Source: a virus (Duplodnaviria; Caudoviricetes). Taken from it: DNA of 64,000 nt. Made by a program: the position numbers and the translations under genes. The stretch is taken from the IMG/VR virus record IMGVR_UViG_3300025367_000001, positions 3,152 to 67,151 of that record; one strand, given 5' to 3'. The notes under the pieces were generated by a model. That model ran no database searches and was not told the DNA's origin. It saw only the letters and a list, made by a program, of their open reading frames with translations. Of the stretch, positions 18,384 through 29,300 are shown piece after piece; positions within the stretch are counted from its first letter, which is position 1, and every line of letters begins with the position of its first letter.

Positions 18384-19856
18384 ATGGCTGGCGGCGGAAG
18401 TTCTGGTGGTTTTGAAAGTTATTTACCAATAGCTGCGGCTTTAGCCGCTACAGTTATGACTGATGGCGCAGCTGCGCCTTTACTTACTGAAGAGCTAGGC
18501 GCTACTGGCGCTGCGGCTGTAATGGGCGGTGGTATTGGTGCAGTAACAGGTGGCGGTGTTGCGGCTCTTACAGGCCAGAATGTAATGCAGAATGCCCTTA
18601 TGGGCGGTATTGGTGGGGCTTCTCTTGGTTATGGCGGTCTCTATCAGGGTGCCGGTGACTTAGCTGCTGGCGCTCCTACAATGACTTCTCTTTCTGGGGC
18701 TCCTGTTTCTTCTGCCGTAGCTGGGGCGGATACTGCTGGAATGCAAGCTGGTTCAAACGCTCTTCTAAATGCTGGATACTCTATGCCAGTTACTTCTGGC
18801 GCTGAACTTGGTACATTAACCCCGCAAGCGTTAAGCCAGGGTGTAGCAGCCGGTCAAATACCTATGGATGCCGCAAACGTGTACGGCCAAGCTTATTCTG
18901 GGGCTTTTGGTGGAGTTCCAGCAAACTCTGTTCTTGGCGCTGCTGGTACAGGTACAGCGCCTCTTGGGTTTGGTACTAAAGCTGCTTTAGGCGGTTTAGG
19001 TTTAAGCGCTTTAATAGCTCAAGATAACAAACGTTACGGAGGAACAGCTGCAGCGGCGGTTCCTTATACTGGTGGAAATTTAGCTAAGTTCCACTACGAC
19101 CCGGCTAACTATAATCCTGATGTAGTGCAACCCCCTAATCCACCATACCAAGCTAACTATTCTGGGTATGCACGGCCGCCTGGTTATGCTGGTGGTGGTT
19201 TACTTGATCCACATTCTGAGCCTGTAGATTTTATGGGCGGTGATATGTACCCACAAAGCCAACAACAGCGCTCGTACTACGCTACCCCAAGTCAAATGCC
19301 TACTAGCGCCCAGCAGACTATGGCTAGCTATGAGCCTCAAACAAATCCATTAACGGGCGAGCCAACCGCTAATATGCGTGGGGGCGGTACCGGTGCAGAT
19401 GCCCTTAAAGATTTAATGGGTAGCCGCGATGCAATAGATAAATACACACTCCAATATGCACAAGAAGGTGGTCCAGCGGCATTAGCAGCTAAAGCACAGG
19501 GCGGCGATTATAACGCTATGATTGCTTTAAAGAAACTACGCGGCACACCTAACGCAAACTATGCTGGCGGGGGTATTGCTAATTTAGGCGGGTACTCTGA
19601 TGGTGGTCGTATGCTTAAAGGCCCTGGTGATGGTATGAGCGACTCTATTCCTGCCAGTATCCAAGGTAAACAACCAGCGCGTCTTGCTGATAATGAGTTT
19701 GTTGTGCCTGCGGATGTTGTCTCTCATCTTGGGAATGGCTCTTCTGACGCTGGTGCTAAAAAACTATACGCTATGATGGACAAAGTAAGAAAGGCTAGAA
19801 CTGGTAAAGCTAAACAAGCTCCTGCAATTACAGCTGACAAGTACACGCCAGCATGA
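18384..19856 (+). CDS. Internal virion / ejection protein
   Basis: Gly/Ala-rich; GPGDGMSDSIPA...RLADNEFV C-terminal motif. Confidence 0.6.
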   Translation: MAGGGSSGGFESYLPIAAALAATVMTDGAAAPLLTEELGATGAAAVMGGGIGAVTGGGVAALTGQNVMQNALMGGIGGASLGYGGLYQGAGDLAAGAPTMTSLSGAPVSSAVAGADTAGMQAGSNALLNAGYSMPVTSGAELGTLTPQALSQGVAAGQIPMDAANVYGQAYSGAFGGVPANSVLGAAGTGTAPLGFGTKAALGGLGLSALIAQDNKRYGGTAAAAVPYTGGNLAKFHYDPANYNPDVVQPPNPPYQANYSGYARPPGYAGGGLLDPHSEPVDFMGGDMYPQSQQQRSYYATPSQMPTSAQQTMASYEPQTNPLTGEPTANMRGGGTGADALKDLMGSRDAIDKYTLQYAQEGGPAALAAKAQGGDYNAMIALKKLRGTPNANYAGGGIANLGGYSDGGRMLKGPGDGMSDSIPASIQGKQPARLADNEFVVPADVVSHLGNGSSDAGAKKLYAMMDKVRKARTGKAKQAPAITADKYTPA

Positions 19857-20266
19857 GCCTCTTAATTCGCCATGTTCCTATTCAATATGTTAATCAAGCT
19901 TGGCCTTTGGTTGAAAAGTATATTGCAGATGCTGTGCAATATGGTGGTGATGATTACACGCTGGATCAAGTCAGAGTTTACCTTGCGTCGGGCCAATGGC
20001 TTTTGGTGGTGGCATCAACTGAAGATGGCTCAATTAAAGGAGCGGCCACGATTAGCTTTAGTAATTATCCTAATGATCGTGTGGCTTTTGTTACATTTAT
20101 TGGTGGTCGGTTAATTTCTAACCAAGAGACTTTTAAGCAATTTAAAGATTTACTAAAGGCTAACGGAGCCACTAAAATACAGGGTGCAGCAAGAGAAGCA
20201 ATAGCCCGGTTGTGGAGCCGTTATGGATTTGAAGAGCGTTACAGAATTGTAGAGACAAAAATATGA
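19853..20266 (+). CDS. GNAT-like protein in ejection module
   Basis: Size, position and ARLWSRYGFEE motif. Confidence 0.45.
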   Translation: MSLLIRHVPIQYVNQAWPLVEKYIADAVQYGGDDYTLDQVRVYLASGQWLLVVASTEDGSIKGAATISFSNYPNDRVAFVTFIGGRLISNQETFKQFKDLLKANGATKIQGAAREAIARLWSRYGFEERYRIVETKI

Positions 20267-21951
20267 GATATACATTAGATTCTATGTTGCCTGAAAAGGC
20301 TTTTTCCCCGCGCTTAGGCCGTGGATTTGGGGCTGGTGGAATGACATTAGAGGGCGGTAGTGGGGGTGGAAGTGCTCCCGCTCCCGCTGCGCCTACTCAA
20401 ACTACTGTACAAAATACCAATATTCCTGACTATCTGCAACCTTATGCGGAAACGATGCTTGGTGCTACTCAGCAACAGCTATTTAATACACGACAAGTTG
20501 GCGGTACACCAGCTAAAGCTGCTACGTATGATGCAGAAGGTAACATGCTAACTCCGGAAGTTGCGGCTACTGGGGGTACAACTGAAATTACAGGCGTAAA
20601 ACCCTACGTACCATACAGCACTAACCCGCAAGACTATGTAGCTGGTTTTTCTCCTATGCAGCAAGCTGCGCAACAAGGGGCTGCTAACTTACAAGTACCA
20701 GGCCAATATGGTCAAGCTACTGATATGGCGGGTGCTTCAGGTTTAGGCGCTTTAGGTACTGTAGGTCAGGCTGGAATGTACGGCCAACAAGGTTCGGCTT
20801 TATCTAATATGTACGGCAATGCTGGCGCTCAAGCTGGGCAACAAGCTGCTGGGCAATCTAGTATGTATGGTATGGCTGGATATGGTCAAGGGCAACAAGG
20901 CGCACAAATTGGGCAAAGTTTAGGTCAGCAATCTCAAAACGCATCTACTGGTCCCGGTTCTGTAGCTTCTTATATGAATCCATACCTTCAAAATTCGTTA
21001 AACCCACAACTACAATTAGCTAATCAACAATATGGTATAGCTGGGCAACAACAACAAGGTGCTGCTACTTCTGCTGGCGCTTTTGGTGGGTCACGTTCAG
21101 CTTTAGCAAATTCTCTAAACCAACAAAACCAGATGTTGGCTCAAAATCAAATTATTGGCCAAGGATATAACCAAGCTTATAACAACGCACAAAACCAAAT
21201 GAACACCGCAAACCAAGCGGCTTTGGCTGGTAATGCACAAGCACAACAAGGTATAGCTCAAGGACTACAAGGCGCTGGTCAAGCTGGTTCTCAGGCTATG
21301 CAAGGTTATGGCATGGGCTTAACTGGCGCTAACCAAGCGGCTAATATCGGTTTACAAGGCGTAGGAGCACAACAAGCCGGTTACAATTTAGCTAATACAG
21401 CCGCTTCTAATTTGGCGAATATCGGTACTCAACAATTAGGTGCGCAGCAAAATGTTATTGCAACGCAAAGCCAGGCCGGTCAGCAACAGCAAACACAACA
21501 GCAAAATATTCTTAACCAAGCAATTCAAAATTACGCTACTGCTCAACAGTACCCACAGCAACAGCTTTCGTTTATGAATTCAATGTTGCGAGGTTTGCCA
21601 ACGCAGCAAACAACTACTGCTACCTACCAAGCAGCACCTAGTACGTTAAATCAGGTTACTGGTTTAGGCATTGCAGGTCTTGGTGCGTACAATGCGTTTG
21701 GTGGCGGTGCTGCTGCTGGCTCAGATATTAACCTGAAAGAAAATGTGGTGCTTTTGTGGCGTGCTGATAACGGTATGGGTATTTACGAGTTTGAGTACAA
21801 GCCAGAGTTTAAGGACCACGCTCTATGTGGACACGGTAAGTTTATCGGGTACGTGGCTCAAGAAGTTGAGAAATTCATGCCTGAAGCTGTACTTATTATG
21901 GACAACGGTTACAAAGCTGTTAATTACGATATGGTTGGGAGGGCTGCATAA
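20263..21951 (+). CDS. Gln/Gly-rich ejection protein with C-terminal S74-like domain
   Basis: YMNPY, GAFGGSR motifs; SDINLKENV...GIYEFEY...GYVAQEV. Confidence 0.6.
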   Translation: MRYTLDSMLPEKAFSPRLGRGFGAGGMTLEGGSGGGSAPAPAAPTQTTVQNTNIPDYLQPYAETMLGATQQQLFNTRQVGGTPAKAATYDAEGNMLTPEVAATGGTTEITGVKPYVPYSTNPQDYVAGFSPMQQAAQQGAANLQVPGQYGQATDMAGASGLGALGTVGQAGMYGQQGSALSNMYGNAGAQAGQQAAGQSSMYGMAGYGQGQQGAQIGQSLGQQSQNASTGPGSVASYMNPYLQNSLNPQLQLANQQYGIAGQQQQGAATSAGAFGGSRSALANSLNQQNQMLAQNQIIGQGYNQAYNNAQNQMNTANQAALAGNAQAQQGIAQGLQGAGQAGSQAMQGYGMGLTGANQAANIGLQGVGAQQAGYNLANTAASNLANIGTQQLGAQQNVIATQSQAGQQQQTQQQNILNQAIQNYATAQQYPQQQLSFMNSMLRGLPTQQTTTATYQAAPSTLNQVTGLGIAGLGAYNAFGGGAAAGSDINLKENVVLLWRADNGMGIYEFEYKPEFKDHALCGHGKFIGYVAQEVEKFMPEAVLIMDNGYKAVNYDMVGRAA

Positions 21952-23309
21952 TGCTCGGTATGGAACAAATGTACAAGATGGCGCTTGATCCGCGTATCTA
22001 CCCTGATGCACGCTTGCTTTCTATTATGCAAGGCAAAGACCAGTCTCTTCCTATGGCTATTGCCATGGCCGCTAAACAACAACGCGACCAATTAACCAAA
22101 GCTTCCCAAGGCCAGCAAGCGCAACAAGGCGCTAAACAGCCGTCTGTAAAAGACCAAATGTTGGCTAGAGATTTACCCCCAGAACACTCTGGCCTAGCTG
22201 CATTACCTGCTGAAAATATGCATGATATGGGTAGTGAACAGATGATGGCCGGTGGCGGTATTGTTGCATTTAGTGGATTAGATGACAGCTTGGTTGAATT
22301 AAATAAACAAGCAAAATCTGACGATGATGCAAAGAACGAATGGTTACAAAATGCCAAAAAGAACCCACCAGCACCTTCGACACCTTCTTTCTTAGATACA
22401 TTGCCCGCCCGCCTTGCAGATAAACGTAGTGTAGCAACAGACACCGCTATTGCACAAGCAAATGCAGATGCTGCAGCGCAAGACAAAGCTGCTGGTATAG
22501 CTACACCTACAGGTCAAACAAACCCACTAGCAATAACCCCTGAAATGCAAGCTGAAATAGACAAGCAATCAGCAGCCACACCGAGCCTTAAAAATAACCA
22601 ACAGGGGAACGTAGGCAAACCGCCAGTTCAACCACAGGCTCCGCAAGATTCAGGTATTGCATCCGCATATAAAGAGTTTATGGGAAGAAAAGATCCATTT
22701 GCTGGTTTGGGAGACACTGACGCGCAGCATGCGCAGAAGATTGCCGAAGCCAAAAACCAAGGTTTAAGTAGTTTCCTTATGAACATGGGCGCTAAGATGA
22801 TGACTCATGTAGGGCCTCTTGGGGCTGCTGGTGGTGCAGGTATTACCGCTGGAATGCCTGCCCTTGAAAATAGCCATAAAGTAGTTCGTGAACTTGACAA
22901 TAATCGAGAACAATTTACGTTTAATAAAGCTAAAGCTGAAGAATTGCGTGCCCAAGGTAACATTGAAGCAGCTATTAAGTACGAGAACGCTAATACTGAC
23001 CTCATGTATAAGTCTGGTAGTTTGGCTGTTGAGCACGAGAAAAACGATATGATGCGTCCATACTACGCTGGATTGGGTAGTTTTTATGCTAGCGGTAGAG
23101 GCAAAAACGCTAATGAGTTAACGTTAGAACAAGCTGGCAAACAGTATAAAGACCTTATTAAAGATAAAAGTGAACAACGCAAGTTAATAGCAGCCGGAGT
23201 AACCAATGCATCCGACTACCATAGGTTCATAAATGGCGGTGGTATTCCACTACTTAATGTTTCTGGTACACTACCACAAGGCGCTCCAACGTTGCAGTTA
23301 CCAAGCTAA
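21951..23309 (+). CDS. Internal virion / ejection protein
   Basis: GLAALP...MAGGGIVAF; position. Confidence 0.55.
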   Translation: MLGMEQMYKMALDPRIYPDARLLSIMQGKDQSLPMAIAMAAKQQRDQLTKASQGQQAQQGAKQPSVKDQMLARDLPPEHSGLAALPAENMHDMGSEQMMAGGGIVAFSGLDDSLVELNKQAKSDDDAKNEWLQNAKKNPPAPSTPSFLDTLPARLADKRSVATDTAIAQANADAAAQDKAAGIATPTGQTNPLAITPEMQAEIDKQSAATPSLKNNQQGNVGKPPVQPQAPQDSGIASAYKEFMGRKDPFAGLGDTDAQHAQKIAEAKNQGLSSFLMNMGAKMMTHVGPLGAAGGAGITAGMPALENSHKVVRELDNNREQFTFNKAKAEELRAQGNIEAAIKYENANTDLMYKSGSLAVEHEKNDMMRPYYAGLGSFYASGRGKNANELTLEQAGKQYKDLIKDKSEQRKLIAAGVTNASDYHRFINGGGIPLLNVSGTLPQGAPTLQLPS

Positions 23310-23358
23310 CGCCTGCTTGGACAACAAAATTTAATTTACCACATTTAGTGAAGAACTT

Positions 23359-26300
23359 ATGGCATACGTACAGCTCCCAAATGGATCCTATCTTGAAGTC
23401 CCTAAAGGCATGGACCCGCATGAAGCGTACGCTAAAGCCCAACAGCACTTTCCAGAAGCCTTTATTTCAAAAGCTGAGCGCGAAGAGCGTCAAGGTTTTG
23501 GCTCCGCAGTAAAGCAAGGTTGGAATCAAGCTAAATCAGCAACTGAAGCTGGTTTAGGTTCTTTATTAAACAATGACACGCTCAAAGCCTGGGCCGAACA
23601 AGATAAAGCTGAAGGCGCCAATGAAAGCTTTATCCCCACAACCGATGAAGACGTAAAAGCTGGATTTAAAGAAGGCTTACTTCCAGGTGTAGGGGCAGCT
23701 GCACGTAAATATGTTACTGAACCAGTTGGCGGTATTGTTGGTCGTTATGCTGCTCCCGCAGCTGTTGGTGCTGGTGCTGGTGCTCTTGCGGCTGTAGCCG
23801 CTCCAGAAATTGCTGGCGCTTCATTAATTGGTGGTATGACAGGTCGGGCACTAGCAGGGGCAGTAGCAACCTCCGCAGCAGATCTACCTGCTGAAATTGG
23901 CGAGAATTTAGAGTACCAAAAAGAAAAAGGTAAGCCTGAGAATCTACCTAAAGCAGTGGCGGCGGGTCTTCTTCAAGCTACCTTTGCTGGATTTGGTTTG
24001 CCGGGTATGGGTGCAATTCCAAAATACGCCCGTGGTCTTTTAGGCAAAGAGGCTGAAAGCCTTGGCGAACAAGTAGCCAAAGGCGCGCTTAAAAAAGAAG
24101 ATGCCCTAGCTAAACTTAGCGGCACAACAAGAAACTTTTTAACTGAAACTGGCACTAATGCTATTGCTGGTACTGGCATGATGGTTGGCACTGAGGCTGC
24201 ACGTCGTGCGTCTGCTGATCAAGATTTATTAAGCCCAGAAGCACTCCAGTCTTATAAAGAAAGCGCTCTTGGAGCCGCTGAGTTGTCTCCCATCTTCGGT
24301 GCCTTGCATGGCCTGCCTAAACGTAAGGGTGAAGTAAGAGCGATTGAGGCTGGCGAAGCTAAGTTTAATGAAACTGAGCGCAAGAAAAAGCAAATTGCAG
24401 ATGATGCAGAAGCCTCTCGTCTAGCTGAGAGACAACAACAAGTTGATTTTGAACAATCGCAGCGTCAGACTGGCGACTTGCTTGGTATGGAAGTTCCGGT
24501 GCAAGAACAACCGGGTGTTAGCGGTGTTTCTCGTGACCAACGCACGTTAGCTGAAAAAGAACAAGCCGACACTGATTTATCTAGCCATAGACAGATGCTG
24601 GAGAATAGTGTTCCAGCGCTTAAGCAAACAATAGCAACGGTTGAAGGGCACTTAAATACTGCCATCGAAAAAGGTGACATCCCCACATACAAACAGTTGT
24701 CTGAGCGTCATGCCCAACTTACTGGCGTTCTAGAAACAACGCAAAAGCAGCTGGAAGCGCTTGGACCTACTGAAAAAACAGATGCGCAGCAGCGCAAAGC
24801 ATTAGAAAAGCAGCTTAAAGACGCTACGTCTGAATTCCAGAGTCTTAATATGACTAACGGAATGTACGACAAAGAACGTTTAGATGCTCTTACTACTAAG
24901 ATTGAAACCGCTCAGAAAAAATTAGCTGACCTTGGCCCTGCAAAAGAAACCCAAGGGGGGTTTGACTTTGAAGCTGGTCCAAAAGAAGACCAAACAGCTA
25001 GCGCAGCTAAACAAGCTGAAGAACTTACACAGAAAAAGTACCTTGGCGAAGAAACCGCGCCTGCTACTGAAGAAGATATTGCAGCGCAGAAACAGCAAGA
25101 AGCAGCCCATGCGCAGGCTACTGAACGCCATAGTATGTTGGAAGATTTGTTTAACAAGGCTAACAATAGCAACGATATTCAGGGCGCCATTCAGATTAGA
25201 AAACTGATGGAACAAAGCGCTGCAGCAGTTGAAGCTGCTAAGCCAAAAGCAAGAACAGAAGCCGAGCCTTCTAGAGAGCAAGCTCTAAACCGTGTAGATC
25301 CTGTAACTGAAGCTAGAGAAATCCGCGATATGGAAAACAAAGCCAAGGCTTTGGATGACCAAATGAAAGCGGCTGCCGGTAAAAAACAAGCACTAGAAAA
25401 AGATGGTGAACTTACGCCAGCTGGCCAAAAATTAGCTGCTATACAAGTTGAACGAGACCAGCTGCTGGCCGACGCTAAAAGACGTCAAGATGCCCTTAAT
25501 GCCCAGAACCTCAGCGAAGGTTCTTCCAAACAAACTACTGCTGCAATAGCTAACGCGTTCCCTAAAAATGAAATGCACCCAGAAGTAATGGGTAAACTAG
25601 CTACACTAAAACGCCATGTTGGGGATAACTTAACATTACGTGGCGCTCTAATGGGGCTAAAACGCAAGTTAGATTTGGCTCGTGGCAAACGCAATCGTTC
25701 TACTGCTAATAGAGAAGAAGTTTCAGAAGTTGTTAACCAGATGCGTAATCTGGCTGAACGCATTCAACATTTAGATAAAGATATTGATTTGCCGGTTGGG
25801 GAACATGTGCCAGGAAAAATAAGGGCATACCATGAGCTTCTCAATAGTGTAAGACGTACTCAGCGCAAACATTTAGAAACATACCTTGATTCTCTTGGCG
25901 CTCTGGCTAACCGTGACTATATTGGTGGCGATACTAAGCGCGCAAAAGTAACTAAGGGTGTGTTGGAAAACCGTGTGGCGCAAGCTGAAAAATCTTTTTC
26001 TGATTCTTTAGTTGATGAAGTAGCCGCCCACCGCCATGTTGCGGGTAGTATGCCGCTAAATGAACAGCAAGTAAAAGAAGTTAAAGCTAAGTTCATGGAA
26101 GCTGTTGGCGATATTAAACGTTTAGCCACAGGTGAAATTGCATCCCCAGAAGCAGCGCAAGCGGTTATTGCTGAACATATTGCTAACGTAACCCACGATG
26201 CCGTTTCTATTAAGAATCCAATAAGCAGATATACCCCTGAACTTAGAAAACAGTTTAATAATGCTGATGAGCGTTCTACAGAAATTAAGTATCAAGAAGC

Positions 26301-29300
26301 GCGTATTAAAGAAGAACGCAGTAGCGAGAAACCCGACTTAGAAGTAATAGCTAAAGCCCAAGAAAAGATTGGTAAGCTGGTTAAGGAGTTGCGCACAGAA
26401 GAAGCACAACGTATGGCGGAAGAAGACCGCAAAGCTAAAGCCCCAGACGTATCTAATGTAGGTAACTTAGAACAACAAGATTTGTTTGGTAAAGAAAACC
26501 AAGAAAATACACAAGCAGCTAACGTTGAGCGTATTGAACGCGCTATTAAAGAACAAGAAGATATTGTTAAGGAAGTAAATGCCTCTAAGTTCCCTGATTT
26601 AAAACGTGGATTCGAGGCTCAGAATAAAGCCGCCGAGTTACGCAAAGAACTAGAGCAGGCTAAAGAAAAGCAACCGGTTGCCAAGCTAGAGCCAATTGCT
26701 ACAGTACGTGCAACAACCGCTAACTTTATGCGTTTTGTAGAAACTCAAGGTAAAAAACTTAAAGCCGCTAAAGAAAAAGTTGCAACTGAGCTAGCTGCTT
26801 TAGAAAAACAGGCAGAAGCAAATAAAGCCGCAGCGGAAAAGCGTGCTGCCGCCAAAATGGAAACTACAGAAGAATCAACCGCTGAATTACGTAAACAAAT
26901 TGAGATTCAAAAATCGTTTGTTGAAGACGTAGCTAATGCAGACAAGTTAGTTAAAGGGCTTGTTAAACAAGCTAGTGGCTTATGGATATCAAAAAATTCT
27001 ATTACGAAGCAAATAGAGAAGCTAAAAGCTAAGCGTGAAAAAGAAGAAGGTACATCACGCCACTACACAGAAGCTAAGTATGAGCTAGATAAACAGATTA
27101 AAGCTGTTAATAAAGAGCTGACAGAACGTTTAGCGGAAATCGACGACCTCCACGCTCGCGCCAACAAAATAAAAGAAGCAAACATTAAAACTGAACGCGC
27201 TATTCTTTCTAGCATGGAGCGTAAATATAAGCAAACGCCACAGGCTGCACTAGAGCGCCAGATTGAGCAGGCTAAAACAAATATTCGTGTTCAAGAAGCT
27301 GCGTTGCTTAAGTCCATAGAAGATAATGCAAAGCAAAATCGTGAAAACGAACAACGCCTACTAGAAGGTTTAGGCCTTCCAGGAACCAAAGTAACTGGCG
27401 ATGTGGTTGGTTTGCGCGGTGAGTTAGTTACTTTACAGGCTAAACTTAAGACTGCTAAGGGTAAAAACCGCGATAAAGTTAAAGCGGCTATAGAAGAAAA
27501 AGAATCCGAAATTAAAGAAGCTGTTGCGCCCACTCAAACCGTAGAAGAAAAAACTGCATCTGATAGATTAGCCCTTGAAAAACAGCGTGAAAAAGATGTC
27601 GATTATTCTACACGTAGAAAAGCGCGTAATGAAGTTATTGCAGAAGCGAATCTACAAGGCGCTAAAGAACAAGCTAAAAAACAAAAAGCCAAGATTGATG
27701 GTGAAATTAAAGTTTTAGAAGAAAAGATTAAGAAAGTAAATACTCCGGAAGCTGCGGCTGAACGAGTAGTAGAAGCTAAAGCGTCTGTCGCTGAAACTCG
27801 CAGAAAACTGGCTCAAGAACGCAATCTACTTAAAGAAAAATACGAACGTACAGACAAAAAATCTGTGGCTGCGAGAACTAACTTTCTTCAAGAAGCTAAT
27901 GCTATTACTGAAAAAATGAAAGCAGCTAAAGCTAAACCGTTAACAGCAGAACAAGCTGTTACTAAACTTCAAACTGAAGTCGCTCTATTAAAAGAGAAAA
28001 AAGATAAGATAGAAGCTAAGGTAGAAGTCGAGCCAAAACAATCTGAAAGAGCTAAAGGCCCAGCAGTTCGTGTAGTACACCTACCTAAAATGTTTGAACG
28101 CGGCACCAAGAAAGAAATTACCCCTGAGCAACGTAAGGCTAATGAAAAAGAACTAAAAGAAGCGATAGAAGCGGAAAAAGATTTTGCTGAGCTACGTCAA
28201 TCAGATTTAAGCGCTGAAGATTTCGGTGACTTATTTAGCGGTTTAAATTCTAACAATTGGGAAGCTCGTACGGATAAAGCGCATGGCGGTGAAGGTATTA
28301 ACCACGCAGAAGCCAAGGCTATTATTGGCGGTGTAAGCAAACCAAAGGGCCTTAAGCTCATGGTCGTTAAAGAAGCAACGCCTACACTACGTAAAATCAT
28401 CGAAGCATCTGGCCACAATCCTGATGAAGTTCGCGGTGGTATTCTGCCAGACGGAACAGTTTTTGTTATTACTAAGAACCACGCTGACGCTATTGACCTT
28501 AAGAAAACTATGGCCCACGAAATTACTGGTCACTTAGGCGTTGAAGGTGTGCTTGGCGATGAAGGTGTTAGAGCGCTAGTAAACAAAATAGCTAAACAAG
28601 AAGGCGGAGTCTTTGGGCTTGCTGAGAAATTAGGCGTTCGCGATGATGCAGAAAAAGCTCATGCAGCAGCGCTCAACTCTGGTAAAACAGAAGCGGAAGC
28701 AATGACAGCCGCAGTTAAGGAAATGATAGCCTATACTGAAGAAGCAAGGCCGTCCAAGAGTTTTGTTGAAAAAGCAAATGAATGGCTTAAAGCTTTAGTC
28801 GGCGCGGTTCGATCTGGCTTACGTAAAATGGGCCTTGATTTAGATATTAGTACTTCTGACATTTACAAGATTCTTCGTGACGCTAGAAAAGACTTTGACG
28901 CTTCGCGGCCTATCGCCTCCAGATTAGAAAACGGCGAAGTGTCTTTTGCAAGCAAGCCTTTTTACAAAGCAGGATTTGATACGTCTCTTCAAGGATACGC
29001 AAAAGATGTTATCGCCCAAGAAAAACCCTTTACCGATAGAATTAAAGGTGGCGTTCTTGGTATGATCTTGATGCACCGTTTTGTTGACCGTTTTGCGGGT
29101 CTCGAATATATAGCACGGGCAATGTCAGACAAACTGCAAGCGGTTCAAATGATGTACTACAACCGCCTGTATGACCAACGTAATAATATGGTGTCCGAAA
29201 TAGCTACGCACGGACCTATTAGACTAGAAAAGAATGAGCTTGGAGAACATCAATATAAGAGTGCAAAAAAACCTGGCCTTAAAGATATATTTGCAACTAT

